DNA of 64,000 nt from the human T2T-CHM13v2.0 reference genome, Homo sapiens, in the NCBI RefSeq assembly GCF_009914755.1, contig NC_060927.1; one strand, 5' to 3'. The translations under genes were made by a program, and so were the position numbers. The notes below the pieces were generated by a model that was given only the letters and a program-made list of their open reading frames with translations, did not search any database and was not told the origin of the DNA. Below are positions 17,268 to 31,422 of the stretch, one piece after another (the first letter of the stretch is position 1; every line of letters begins with the position of its first letter).

Positions 17268-20200
17268 CCAGTCTCAATATCCCCTTTGTAATCCACACAA
17301 TTTGGCGACCCCAAAATTAAAAAAAAAATTAATAATATCTAGAGTTTTGATAAAAAGATGTTTCCAATCCAATAATGTTACACATAACAAATTTGTCTTT
17401 CCAGTGTAAAAGCAAAAGAAAGTTATTCTAGTTATGCAAGTACCAATCCTGAAAGATTTAGTGGAAGCTATACTTTTACCAGCTAAAGGAAGAAGCAAAT
17501 TAAGAGTCCAATAATTATAAAATCAAGATATGAGTGGACTGACGGCTAGTCCTGAAATGAATTATAATAGAGAAAAATCTAAATAATTGAGAATATATAC
17601 AAAACTAAATACCAATTTCAAAAGCCATTATTATAAATGTTTTTTGATATGTTAGAAATGATAATTCTAACATATCAAATAACAATTCCATTATTTTAAA
17701 ACCCCAGATTATATATATATATTCAAAAGATAATATTTTATCCTTAAAAATAGATTGAAGAGTACATAGAAAAACTTAATGTTAACTACCAAATGAAGAA
17801 TTGAGTAAACACTTTTCCAACCTCAGGACAAGATAAAAGTAAAGACATCTTTGCCCTTATAGTAAAAAATCTAAAGCAAAGTAAAAACAAACAAAAAACC
17901 TAAGCCTAGCTAACCAAGAGCATTACAAAGAATGAGAAAAATTAAAGCATTATAGAACTAAATATAAATAGATAAAATTTCCTATTATGAGGAAAGAACA
18001 CTAGAACTCTGGTAAATAAATAAATAAATAATATTTTTAATGTCATCCTGAAACAAGTGATACAAAAGGTTGAAAAGCAGAAAAATGGGCAAATATATGT
18101 AAGCAAGTGTAAATCTTAAATGTGTATTGCAATATTGATAGTTGAAAAACTAGAAATCAAGGCCAAAAAAGCACTGAAACATATGAATTTAACGTTAGGA
18201 TAAAAATTTAAATCAACTGCTATGAAGAAAGATTTGAATTTGATATTAATAAACTGAAAATTTGCAGTGAAAAGATAATAGTCATCAATCGTTGTGTATT
18301 GAAAAATATTGCATCAAGATATGTAAGGTGCAAACTATTAGAAATAACTTCTAGAAGAATAAATTTACAAAAGCACAATGGTGGTGGGAAGTTTGAACAT
18401 ACCTTTGTAAATACTAGACATATTAAATAAGCTGCAAAGCAAGCATATTGATGATATAAATAATATATTACAAGAGAATATTAATATATTTTATACATAT
18501 GTATTTATACATATGTGTACATTTCTATATAATTTGAAATCGGTACTCCAAGAGCAAAGATTACACAATTCTTTTCAATGGCCCATGCTACACCTACAAT
18601 ATACTCATCATATATCATTTATAAGTCCACAAAAAAAGATGAGATAAAAATCGTACAAGCCACAGTGAATACACTTAAACTTAATTTCATAATTTATATT
18701 GAATGTCCCAAACACTTTGAAAGATTTTAAAATCCACTCTCCTAAATAATTCTTAGATCAAAGAAGAAATAACATTTTTCATTTGCATATAATTTTGAAA
18801 ACAACAGTAATAATAAGAAGACTCCAGGTTAATACATATTGGATGCATCTAAAACTAATCTCAAGGAAAATCTAATGAATCTCAAATGCTTTCAACATTA
18901 AACACAAATGAATGAAAACAACTGAATCCCCTAGTTTTAACTAAATAACTAAATCGAGAAATCATTAATAAATATAACGAAAAATGAAAAACTAGTAAAG
19001 TTAAGCATAAGTTACTAAATTATAAAATAAAATCTGTAGAACTGATAAAAAATAAATCTAACAGCAGATTATATGCCTAGTAAATAAAATAGCTAATCAG
19101 GAAATACATAAAATTAAGAGTTGAGAAAGGTGCATAATCAAAAATAGAGATTTTTTAAAAATCAGTTTTCAAAAGGCTGGAATTTTAGAAAATAATTTTC
19201 TAGAAGAATATAAATCATCCAACCTGACTCAAGATTGAAGAAGACCTAAACTGATAACCTGGCCAGGAGGAGTGGGGTGGTAAGTCGGAAATATTTTCAA
19301 AGAATTGAATACCTTCAATGACAGCATCAGACCCAGAGAGTTTTATAGGCAAAAGGAATTCAAACTTTTAAGAGACAGAAAACTTCTATATGTATTCACA
19401 TAAGTCAATATATAATATATATGAAATCATTAGTATATATATGAAAGTTTTCTGATCCATTTTTTAAAAGCTAGAACAAGTACCTGCTTTCGAAAAACAC
19501 ATCCTGACAAAAGTAACCTTGAAAATAAAGTATAAACCAAGCTCCCTTTTTAATATAGAGGTAAAAGCAATTTTAAGTAAAATTGAAAGTACATTTTAGT
19601 AATTCAACTAAATTTATTTCAAGATTAGAATCTATCATATTATTTCATTAGAGGATAAAATTCACACTTGATGGAGGATTTTAAAAAGTGTTTTATAAAA
19701 CTTAACTGGGCATAGGAGAATGTTATTTTAACATGAAAATGAGTGTATCTCTTCGGCAGGGCTTAAGCTGCTTGCTGAAAATGTAGAGACATGAGCCTCA
19801 TCCTAACCTCTGCACCTGAAACATGAATTCTCAGATTCTGTATTGTTAACAAAAATACAATTAATTCTCATAAACGCCAAAGTTTGAGAACCACTAATCT
19901 CAATAAAACTAGCGAATGGCATAGTTAACATTGAAATAAGAGTAGCTTTCCCCCATTAAATTCAGGGAAAATATAAGGGTATATGCTCTCAGCCTAGTTA
20001 ATTATCTCAACTCTGAAAATAAAAGATGTAAATATTTGAAAATAATATCTAACCACTATTATTTGAATTATTATCATTATCATTCTGGTAAGCTCCAATG
20101 AATTAAAGATCCTTCATAATGAATAAGAGCATTCAGTAAGTTGGACAAAAACTGAGTATATAAAAATGAATAACTTTCTTATATACTGGCAATAACTGGC

Positions 20201-20640
20201 TAGAAAAACAATGGGGAGAAAGTATTCAGTTTATAATAGAATAAAATAAATGTGTAAGAATAAACTTATCAAAAATTATTTAGGGCCTTTATAAAGAAGA
20301 CCTTAAAACTTTACAAAGGCACATAAAAGCATATTTGAATAAATTGAGAGAAATAACATTTTCTTAGAAAGTAAGACTTAATATCGTAAAGGTATCAATT
20401 AAATAATAAATGATTTAAAATTTAACCGTCAAATTGTTTTAACACAAACACCACCATCTGAAACCATAACAAGGAAAATAAACACAAGAGAATAGCTAGG
20501 AAAATTATAACAAAACTAATGACAGGGGCTTACTCTACCTGATATTAAAATCTATCATAAACCTATAGGAATTAAAATAATTTATTACTGGTGCAGAGAT
20601 AGTTGAGAAAAGCAGACGCCAAAGACAGTTTACATAAGGG
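17268..20640 (+). mobile_element. Highly decayed L1M (ORF1 end through ORF2), begins ~14920 before the THE1 insertion
   Basis: A-rich with degenerate ORF2-like motifs, e.g. 'atcagacccagagagttttataggc', 'ggggcttactctacctgatattaaaatctatcataaacctatag'. Confidence 0.65.
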
Positions 20641-20669
20641 CATGAAGACCACTCCACATTCTTGGTTCT

Positions 20670-22730
20670 TTTCTGTGCCCCCTTCACATCTGCAGTTTCT
20701 AGGAGTTGGGTGCTCTAGAATGTCATCTTGAAACTCTTTCCTGTCTGTTATACTCATATCTTGATGATCTTATTTCTTTTCAAGGCTTTAAATACCCTTT
20801 GCTGTGCTTTTGAACACGAAATGTTCATTTCTAGCACCTATCTCTCCTGGAACTGCAGATTCTCCTGCCCATTTGCCTGTTTGACCTCCCCCTTGTAAGT
20901 CCCTACAGCATCACAAATGTCACACATCCAAAACCATATTCTTAATATTCCCATCCAAATTCCTCTCGTAGGTCCCCAGTCTCAGGCACCATTGCCATCC
21001 TCATAGTTGCTCACATCAAAAGCCCCACAGAGACATTTTGATCTCTTTCTTTTTCCCAAACCCTATATCTAATTAATCAGGAAAGCCTGTGGACTTACTT
21101 ACAAACTGTATCTTGAATACAGCCACTTTTCATCACTTTTCTGCCACCACCCTAGGCACTGTCATTCTTGCCTAGGTCACTGTAAGAGCCTTCTCACTGG
21201 TCTTCCTGCTTCCCTTCTGACCTCTTTTAATCCATTTTATATATGGCAGCCAAAATGATTCTTATAAACTAATAACTAGCCATTTTCTTCCTCTACTCAA
21301 AAACCACTAAGAGCTTCCAATCACACTTAGAATAAATAGCTGAAATCCTTGCTTGGTCTCCAAAAGCCCAGTATGTTCTGGTCTTGGCTTTAGTGCTGTG
21401 CTGGTTCAATAACCAGTTGTGAAAAAAATGTATGCCCATATATACATATGTGCGTTTATTATACATTTCACTGATATAAAGGATATGTTGCACACAATTT
21501 GCAAATGGCAATAAACTCTACAGTATTGTTCATTGTAAATTCCATATAGTCAATTAATTCTCACAGAATGCTTTCACTGTTTTTTGCCAGACTTGTGTAT
21601 CCTTAGCAAACCTATAGCTACAACCGATGAGTGAGTATAATTCCAAAATGAATGTTGCTTGACATATTTCTTTATATTAATTCGTAAGAAGAAAGTGAAA
21701 CAATGAAAACTTATGCTAGAACTTCACTTGCTCATCAGTGGTGCAAACAACGTTTTGCTGGATTGGATAATAATATGTAAATACTGGGAGATTATTTCCT
21801 CAATTTTTCGTGCTCTTCATAATGTAAATGCTACAGACACAACACATTTTTAAGCTTAGTCTACATTAACATTTTCTCTATCATTTGAAGTCTAGACAAT
21901 CGACATAAGAATTTTTAAAAGCCCTGGATTTATAGAATTTGCTGATTTCCATGGTGTAGATATTTTCACCATGGCTGATTTCAAGCTACCAACATGTTGT
22001 CACTGAGCTCAGAATAGTGGAGGTACACACGGTAGCTCATGGTTGTACAGTGTTTACACCATGCAGATAAAATAGATGCAGTTAACCTCCAGAGCAGAGC
22101 TCATAGTCAATTGTAATAAGACAATTAAAAAGTGAAGAAATTTGAGTATTTTCTGCCTTCATTTTTGATACAATGTACTTCATTTTAAGTTTAGATAATT
22201 TAACTTTTGATCATGGCTATGTTTAACAACTGACTATCAAAATTCCTGAAAATTAGCCAAAGGGCTCTCCCGAACAGGAGAGAGCAGCCTTCAGCATGCT
22301 GGCCAGGCCTCCCAGCTCTCCAACTCTTCACTTTGCTCCTGCCACACTGGGTTCCTTACAGCCCTTCCGCATGCCAAGTGCCTTCCTACTGCAGGCTTTA
22401 GCAGTTGCTGTTCCTCCAGAGGGCCTCAGAGCTCAATCCCCTTTACACAAGTCTCTGCTCAGAAGGTGCCACCTGCCCTTGGCTGCCACAGTCCAAGCAG
22501 TCAGGCTGTCTCTGCTCTCTTGTGCTGCTTCACCTGGCTTCCTAGTGTTTGTCATTATCTGACATTTTACACACTTTATTTGTTGATTGTGTGATCCCAC
22601 CACTCTTCACTAGAAATTAAACCCCATGAGGGAGGTCATTGTCTCTTTTGTCAATGCTTTATTGCCTAGAACAATGCCTGACATATAATAGGATCTAAAT
22701 TATTTTTTGTTGAATAAATTTAGGAATGAA
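20670..22730 (+). mobile_element. L2 element interrupted by a DNA transposon
   Basis: 'ggctttaaatacc...tctctcctggaactgcagat'; 3' end 'aatgcctgacatataataggatctaaattattttttgttgaataaat'. Confidence 0.7.
21390..22295. mobile_element. MER63-like hAT DNA transposon
   Basis: 'agtgctgtgctgg' start; 'ttccatggtgtagatattttcaccatggctgatttcaagctacc' and 'gtttaacaactg' motifs. Confidence 0.6.
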
Positions 22731-23181
22731 CTTCATGCTATCAAAATTCGAATTTGGCATGTCAGAAAAATCTATAAAGCAACTATAGAAATGAACAAAG
22801 GAGTAACATCATGAATATATAGAAGCTCTTCCAAATCATCTGGTAAGTAAAAAATGAATAAGAATAGCAAAAACAAAGAATATAAATATGCATGACACAA
22901 AAGATGAGAAATATCCACCTGAAAAATGTTTTATTATCAAAAAAACACAAATTGAAGCAATACATTTCTGAATAGTTTTCTAGAAAATTATATATATGTG
23001 CTATATAGATATAAAACATATATTGTGTGTATACATGTTATACACACACACAAGGATAAGAGATAATAATCTAACATTGGCACAATGAACACTTACATAC
23101 CGCAGGCAGAGATAGAAATTAATCTAGCCTCCCTGAAAGACAATATGGTGTTTTTAAAAAACATAGAAGTTTCATGCATGA

Positions 23182-23570
23182 TGATATAGTTTGAATATAG
23201 GTCCCTGCCAAATCTCATTGTAATCCCCAATGTTGGAGGTGGGGCCTGGTGGGAGATGTTTGGGTCATGGGGGCGGATCCCTCATAGCTTGGTGCTGGCC
23301 TCAGGATAGGGAGCGAGTTCTCAGATCTGGTTGTTTCAGTGTTTAGCACTTCCCTCACTCATGCTCCCATTCTGCCATATGGGATAGCTGCTCCCATTTT
23401 GACTGTCACCTTGAGTAAAAGCTCCTCGAGGCCTCCCCATAAGCCAAGCAGATGCCAGTGCCATGCCTCTTGTACAACCTGCAGAACCGTGGGCCAATTA
23501 AACTTCTTTTTTTAATAAATTACCCAGCCTCAGGTATGTCTTTATAGCAATGCAAGAATAGCCTAACACA
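23182..23570 (+). mobile_element. MST-family MaLR solo LTR within an old L1M 3' region (~22730-24075)
   Basis: tgatatagtttg...gtaatccccaatgttggaggtggggcctggtgggag...ctttatagcaatgcaagaatagcctaacaca. Confidence 0.85.
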
Positions 23571-26500
23571 CACAAGGATGAAGGATTTCTACTTCTAAGA
23601 ATTTATGCTAATAATAATCAAGGATTTGTGCAAAAATGGGGCTTACTCTCTCCCAGTGCTGTTTATAATACTAAAACCAAACAAGAAAAAGAAGAAGAAA
23701 GAGAAAAAGGAGGAGGGAGAGAGAGAAGAAGATGAAAACCTTAATGTTAAACAGCCAGAAATTAGAAAACCAATTTATGTTACGGCTATGAAATGGCATC
23801 TGATATACTTATTTTAAAAGGAGTTACAGAGAAATATTTAGTAACATGAGAAAAATGTCCAGGGCATATTGTCAAGTGAAAATCACAAGATACAAAATAG
23901 TTTGTACAGTAATATAACATAGGTAAAAAATAAATATAAACATGGAAAAGCAACTAGAAGGAAATGCATTAAAACATTCACAATAATTACTGTCTCTTTG
24001 AATAGTGAGACTAGGGTGATTTTTCATTCTTTTTTTTGTTGTATTTTCTAATTCTCTGCAACAAACATTTATGTTTGTAAGTAGGAAATGTAAGGACAGT
24101 AGTTATAACACTTAAGGAAAGAATGAAAGCACCTCCTGGGAATTCCCAAGATGTTTGGGACTGTTCAAAATGGCCACACAGACAAAGCGCAGGAAGAAAT
24201 GAGTGAGAAAAAGACAGGGGAGAGGAGTATAGATATCTCTTGAGTTCTTCTCCTTTACCTCTGAGGAAGAAACACAAGACCAGAGAAGATAGACAGCCAA
24301 ATCGCTTACACTTGGGTATCCGTAGCAAGGTTCTCAACTTGAAAAAGTTGAGCCTTTCCTAAACTCTTGAACAGCATAGGAAGTGTTCAGCAGAGAACTA
24401 CATAGACTCAAAAGCCTGGAGATGCTCTACTAAATAAGTTCCTTTGCAAAGAGGGACAGTCTTGGAGTAGCTCCTCCAGGACCAATGCCTGTACATTAGA
24501 AAAGGGCTCTGTTTGCAGGGCTGCACAGTAGGAATCGTGCAACCTGAGCCACAGGTGACTGCTGGCTGCCTGTGATGTTACGTCTGCATCTCTGGCTGAT
24601 TCACCCTTGCCTCAGAGCCAGGCCAGCATTAGAAAATCCCTTTATCCTGCCTGTTCCCAGTTGGCAGGTCCAGCAGAAAAATTAATGCAGGATTCATTCA
24701 ATTTTTTATCAAGATGCTTATATAGTGTACTAATAATTAAAAGGGTGGGCAATTCTTTTAAGTGTCAAGAACTTCAAAGAGAGAGTGGAAACGATGTCAG
24801 AATGTGAGAATCAGGCACAACCATGAGCCAGGAGCAATGAAAATGGCTCAAAGGCATAACTGGGCCCTCCACTGCACTGCTCTGCAGAGGGTTGGTGGCC
24901 CTGTGTTCCAGGAAGGGCTAAGAGAGGAAGAGTCTGATTGGACTGACACTGCCTCCTGAGGGAGGCCCAGAAACTTTGGGCAGACCCTTCACCAGAAAAA
25001 AAACACAGTCCCCCAAAGCAGAGGGAGGGCTTAGGGTGAATTATATGGAGGCTGTCAGAGGTCTGAGACCCAGGCATATTTTCTACAGTGAGAGTACCTC
25101 CCATTCAACAGGCAATTTAACCCCACAGGGGTTGTGAGACCTCTGAGAGTAAAAGGCATTGAAAGTTTGTCAAAGATGTCCCTGAATTGTGTGGAGAAAA
25201 GAAGTTCATTGAAATGAAGTATATTCAAAGAAAGATCCTCAGCAATTTTAGGAGTGAGATCCAGACCAACCTTGGAGTTGTGAGTGTGCAGAAGTTTCCA
25301 TTGTGGTGACCAGCTTAGGGATGTACCCCCAAAACTCAGAGATCCACAGATAACAGGCTGGGAACCCCCACTATGAGATGACATTCATATTTATGTGGAG
25401 ACAGCACAGAGAATGAGCATCTATCCCTGCAGATTTTCTGTTGAAGTCTGAAGAACAGTCTGGTGCCTAGGTCAAAATGGCAAACCCCACAGAACCCCTC
25501 AAAAATGGGAGGAGATGTGAATAGAATGGGTTCCTAAATAAAACAAGAAGTAACAATAATAAATTATTATTTAAGCACATGAATTTGCTTCCCTTCTTTC
25601 CAAATTCCCATTGGAATGGTCAAGAGAAAGGGAAAAACAGTAAGAAACAAAAATCTCCAAAGAAAATAGGGAAGATCTTTGAGGAAATTTCATAATTTTA
25701 ATCAAAAATAGAACCAGATGGATGAATCAGGCACTAGTTTTTGTTCCAATACAAATTATGGAAAAGACTCCCTGGAAAGTGAAGTTAGGCAAAACCTTCA
25801 GCAGAATTTTTCATCTCCGGATCCTCTAAGCTCATAGAAATAGAGTCTAGAACTGAGGGTGAGCCATGAAGCAGAAGGAAGCCCTACCCTGCTGAATCAC
25901 TTGAGGGCAGCCTCAGAGCTTACCCAGAGAAGGTCTTCCTGGAACTGCATGCAAAGTGCCCCTGGCACTGGTGCCTATGATGTTGTCCTGGGGCCCTGGG
26001 GCCAGGATCTGGTTCTAGGAGAGTGACCTGGTGAACAGATCACTTCCACTGGCCAAAGCAATATTTCTTTCATCGGAAGGCATGAAATTGAACCACCAAA
26101 ATAGTGATGACATACTGATTTTGGGTGACTGTCACTCACATTGGACACAAAATGAGTTCAAGTCTCTTGGTCCACCACTGGCCCTTGGGTTTGGGCTACA
26201 TGGGAGACTGTGGATTGGCACTCACTTAACCATATTCAGACTGCCTGCTGCCTCTGATCTTCAGCACCAGAGAGCAGTGAGAGGAAGGCCGTAGTCCTTT
26301 ACCCTGTGTGTTCACCACCAGTGTGGTGGTGCCACCCCCTCTACAGGTTCTGTACCATGTGTCAGGCAGTCCTCTGGGGGTGATGAAGCTCTTCAGAGGG
26401 CTTTTGAGACCATTTTTCTACAATGCCAAAGTGCCCTTTCAACTGATGTCCTCTCTTGTCACCAATAGATATAACATTGTGCTCTCCTGGATCAGTCTTA

Positions 26501-27353
26501 AACTGTGCAGGAGGAGGGACAGACATTCTTTGGATGAATGAGACCACTCTTCTTGCTCTGCCTGCAGGCCCCTCACCTAGCCTTCCTGCTTGCAGCAAGG
26601 GTGCTGTCAACATCAAGAGAATGCATTCAAGCATGCAATGATTATAGCTTAAAGAGTTCCCAAGAAGACACAGTTGGAAGATGTGTTATTCTACATTTAT
26701 GCCATAAAATTTCAAGGTATAAATTTAACATGACCAGAAAAATGAATTATCATGCACATTTTCCTTCCCTCTCTGAGAAGGACTTTCATTTGTGGGCAAC
26801 AAAAACAAAGCACAGTAACAGCCTTTGAGAGTCCTTAGAAACCTGTATGCACAGGCAGCTTTGGTAATGCAGTGTCGTAAGTAACAATGTAACTAGCATT
26901 AAACAAAGGTATTAGAGAACTTCAGAGTCAAGAAAATCTATGTTGTTTCAATACAAACAAGTTTAGAAGAGGCGTAGCTTTGTGTCTAACAACATAACCA
27001 CAACTTTTTCTCCTGGTGAGAGGTATAAAATTAGTAAGGCACTGTGAATTTGACAATAAAGAGAGCACTAATAAAAACTGGAAGAGACAGTTCCTTGACC
27101 TGAATAGGCACAAAGAGTGCCTAGACACTACATAGTCTTCACAAACATTGACTGGACAATGAACAAAGACAGAAGTACCTTTTCTCTACCCATTAGTCTC
27201 AATCTTCAACTAAAAGACTCACTACACCTATGTCATTAACAACTCACTACACCTCAGATGGGCCCATGAAGTTTGTGATACAGATTTTAGTCGAAGTGTT
27301 ATATTGACAGTATTTGCTCAGGACCCTGAACACCCTAGGGATAAGCCTGGTAC

Positions 27354-27744
27354 TGTAGTTCTGAGATGGAGATTTGCATGCAGGTTGGTTTATTGGAAGG
27401 TGCTCTTGGAAACAATATTGGTAAGGAAATCAAGGAAAAAGGCATGAATAGAGGAAACAACTGAACTGAGACATAGCTGCAACAGAGGGCCTAGCCAATC
27501 CTATGTAAAACTTTGAAGCCAAGATGATTTTCACAGATGCCTTAACTGTGGCAAGAGGACCAAGACTTTATACCCCTATATCACAGGCTATTCCTGAGAA
27601 AAGAGCGCACCCGTGGGTGAGGGCAATGCCTGGGGAGGTATTCAGCTGTGAGTTGTCAGTAGGCAAATCCCTTAGCAGCTGAAGGAAGGAACGCCTCAGA
27701 TCTGAAGGAGTCAATCTGGACAGTGGACCATAGCAGCCACTATA
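27354..27744 (-). mobile_element. LTR16-like ERVL solo LTR
   Basis: 'ctgagatggagatttgcatgcagg..tttattggaaggtgctc' and '..gagggcaatgcc..cagctgtgagttgtcag..ccactata'. Confidence 0.65.
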
Positions 27745-27944
27745 AAAAGTATTAAATGGTGATGAGTAGATAAATCCAGTAAAACTTAGAATAGATGTCT
27801 AAACAAAGATAATGTAATTACAAAATTTAACGTGAATTTAACATCTAATTCTTAAAAGAGAAAATATATAATATATACAATTAAATAAAAGTAAATCTAA
27901 AAGGCCAGATTAGTCAATAAAAACATGAGGTATACAAGAATTTA

Positions 27945-28031
27945 GGGCTGGAGTGAGCTATAATCATACCACTGAACTAGGTGACAGAGTGAGACTCTGC
28001 CTCAAAAAACAAAAACAAACAAACAAAAAAA
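27945..28031 (+). mobile_element. Alu 3' fragment with A-rich tail
   Basis: 'gtgagctataatcataccactg..ggtgacagagtgagactctgcctcaaaaaac'. Confidence 0.75.
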
Positions 28032-28439
28032 CCTGAGGAACAGTGGAGGACAGGGAAGTAGTATAGATAAATAGAATACATTTCTTCCCTTATACAGAGA
28101 GTAAATATATTTAGAGAAACGTGCATTATTAAATTAAATGTCAGTAGAATAAAACATGTGTGAACTTCCAAAATACATTCCCAAAAAGACCAAGAAAGTC
28201 TGAAGCACTACTGCAAAATTTAGCCAAGGAAAAACAAGGAAGTATAAAAATAACAGAAGTATAACAGAATATATCAAATATACATTAAATCTGTCAAGGC
28301 TAACCTAGCCTATTAAGGCATCTCAAATATGTTAAGTGAAAAATGCAAATAATGCTACTTAACAAAAGACATACATGAAACAAAATGACATAAGAAGTTT
28401 AAGATAGTGGGATGATTGGACAACTGTTTCTATACTTAT

Positions 28440-29380
28440 TTAAAACTAAATAGGTAAAGAAAAGCTCCTGGCACTTCATATTTAAACTGTAAGATATATA
28501 TTTTTTAAAAAGCATTTAAATGCATGGCTGAAGAACATTTGTGCATTTGCAATCAAAATATACAAAGCACAAGAGGAAGAATGCTTCCAGGAGCAAAAGC
28601 AAAATAAAACAAAATATGCAGAAAAAACAAATTGCAGAATAATACCTGCCAAGATAGCAGATATTAAAATTACCAGAGACAGAATAGAAATATATTTTTA
28701 ATATTTTATGGAAAAAATAAGATATTCAAAGCATTAGGAAGAAACGAAAAATCAATATGTTTGATTTGAAATAATACCAAATAGAACTTCTAGAAATAAA
28801 AACTATAATTGAAATTAGAGCTATATAAATATTAAGTTGAAAGTTAAATATAGTTTCAAAGGTCACTATGAACTAGGTAATACTCAAAAGTTATTTCTGA
28901 AAATATGGCCCAAAGATAAGGAAAACATAAAAGGTTAAAAGATGCAGGCTAACGAGTGAAAAATTCCAACATGTCTAATTGTAATATATGATAGAGCTTA
29001 TAAAGTTAATGAAGGAAAAGACATTATTCAAATAATGAATGGTTGAGACTTTCCCCAGATTGATGAAAGATACCAATCCTCAGATGCAGGAAGTCCAACA
29101 ACTTGCAACAGGATGAAGTAACAGATATCTAGAAAAATTTAGTATAGCTTCAGAACAAAGACAAGATCGTAAAAGCAGCCAGGCAGAAAAGATAGATTAC
29201 CTGCAAGAGAATGACACACTAGGAAAAAATTAGTTTAGTATCAACTAAGTATCATTATACCCAGTAGAATTCTCTTTCAAGCACAAAGGTGAAATTCAGG
29301 CACTTTCCCAAGTACTAATGAAAATGGTTTACTACCAACAGACACTTGAGAGAAGCACATACTTCAGGGAGAAAGAACTT
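28440..29380 (+). mobile_element. Old L1M 5'/ORF1 fragment
   Basis: 'aaataccaaatagaacttctagaaataaaaa', 'tgatgaaagataccaatcctcagat', 'aaaagcagccagg'. Confidence 0.6.
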
Positions 29381-29594
29381 GTTTATTTGTTCTAATACAG
29401 TTTTTTTGGGTTTTTCTGTTTGTTTGTTTGTTTGTTTGTTTGCGGATTCCTTAAGAGTTTCTATAGTTTGAATAGAGACAGTTTTACTTCCGTCTAATAT
29501 GGATCACTTTAATTTTGTTTATTTATTTATTTATTTATTTTTGCCCAATTGTCCTGGCTAGAATGTCCTGTACAATGTTAAATAGAAGTGATAA

Positions 29595-29901
29595 GGCTGG
29601 GCATGGTGGCTTACACCTGTATCCCAGCACTTTGGGAGGACAAGGTGGGTGGATCCCTTGAGCTCAGGAGCTCGAGACAAGCCTGGGAAACATGGTGAAA
29701 CCCTGTCTCTACCAAAAACACAAAATTTAGCCAGGCATGGTGGCATGTGCCTGTAGTCCCAGCTACTCAGGGGTCTGACATGGGAGAGTCACTTGAGTCT
29801 GGGAGGTGGAGATTGCAGTGAGCAGAGATTGCAGTGAACACGGATCACACTATTGCACTCCAGCCCTGGGCCATAGGCGTGAAACCCTGTCTCAAAAAAA
29901 A
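29595..29901 (+). mobile_element. AluJ inside an antisense L1M ORF2 fragment (~29440-30254)
   Basis: Dimeric Alu with 'ttgagctcaggagctcgagacaagcctgggaaac'; short internal duplication of 'gagattgcagtga'. Confidence 0.85.
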
Positions 29902-30254
29902 TGATGAGAGTGGACTTTTCTTGTCTTGTCCCTGGTCTTAGGGAGAAAGCATTCAGTCTTTCACCACTAAATATGATGTTAGCTGTGGGGTTTTTGTAGA
30001 TACCATTTATTAGGTGGAGGAAGCTCCCTTCTATTTTTAGTTGAGTGTTGCTTTTTTTCAATCATAAAGTTTAATCATAAAATGATGTTAGAATTTGTCA
30101 AATGCTTTTTCTGCATGTAATGAGAGGATTGTGTGATTTTTGTTTTTTATGATTTGATGTGATATATTACATTAATTTATTTTCAGATGTTGAACTAGTC
30201 CTGCCTTCCCAGGATAAATCCTGCTTGGTCATAGTTTATGATTCTTTTTATATA

Positions 30255-31422
30255 CAGTCAGGCATTGCTTAATGACAGGGATATGTTCTGCTAAATGCAT
30301 TGCTACATCATTTTATTCATTGTGTGAACATCATAGAGTGTATTTACACAAACCTAGATGGTATAGCCTGCTACACACCTAAGCTGTATGGGATAGCATG
30401 TTGCTCCTAGACCACAAACCTGTACAGCATATTACTATACTGAATACTGTAGGCAATTGTAACAGAAATGGCATTTGTGTATCTGAACATTTCTAAACAT
30501 AAAAAAGGCACAGTAAAAACAGTATAAAAGATAAACAATAGTACACCTCTATAGGGCACTTACCATGAATAGAACTTTCAAGACTCGAATTTGCTCTGGG
30601 TGAGTCAGTGAGTCAGTGGTGAGTGAATGTGAAGGTTTAGGACATTACCGTACAATACTCTAGACTTCATAAACACTACACTTAACCTACATTAAGTTTA
30701 CTTTTAGAATTTTCTTTCTTCAATAATCAATTAAATTTTGCTTGCTGTAACATTTTTGCCTTCTAAACCTTTAAAAGAGTTTTAACTTTTTGATTATCTT
30801 ATAACACTTAGCTTCAAACACAAACGCATTGTACAACTGCACAAAAAGATTTTCCTTATTTATATCCTCATTCTGTAAGCATTTTTCTGTTTTTAATTTC
30901 TTTTTTACCTTTAAATTTTTTTTCTGAGAAATGAAGACACAAAAACACACATTAGCTTAGGCCTACACAGAGTCAGAATCATCAATATCACTGCTTTCCA
31001 CCTCCACATCTTGTCCCACTGGAAGGTCTTCAGGGACAATAACATGCATGGAGCTGTGATTTCCTACGAAATGACAGAGACAGAATAGAAATATATTTTT
31101 TAATATTTTATGAAAAAAATAAGATATTCAAAGCATGAGAAAGAAATGAAAAACCTCCTGAGGGACCTGCTGAGACTGTTTTATGGTTAACTTTATATAT
31201 ATACACACATATATATATACATGTATATATACATATACATGTATATATATGTATATACATATACATATATATACATGTATATGTATATATACGTATATAT
31301 ATATGTGTGTATATATATAAAGCCATAAATATATAGAAAGAATACAGTTTAAAATAATGATTAAAAAGTATGGTATAGTAAATACTGGGCGATAGGAATT
31401 TTTCAGCTCCATTATAATCTTA
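30255..31422 (-). mobile_element. Tigger3 (Tigger3b-like) DNA transposon, one end truncated
   Basis: TA followed by 'cagtcaggcattgcttaatgacagggatatgttctg'; ends 'gcgataggaatttttcagctccattataatctta'. Confidence 0.85.
31194..31335. repeat. (TA)n/(TACA)n microsatellite
   Basis: Visible. Confidence 0.9.
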
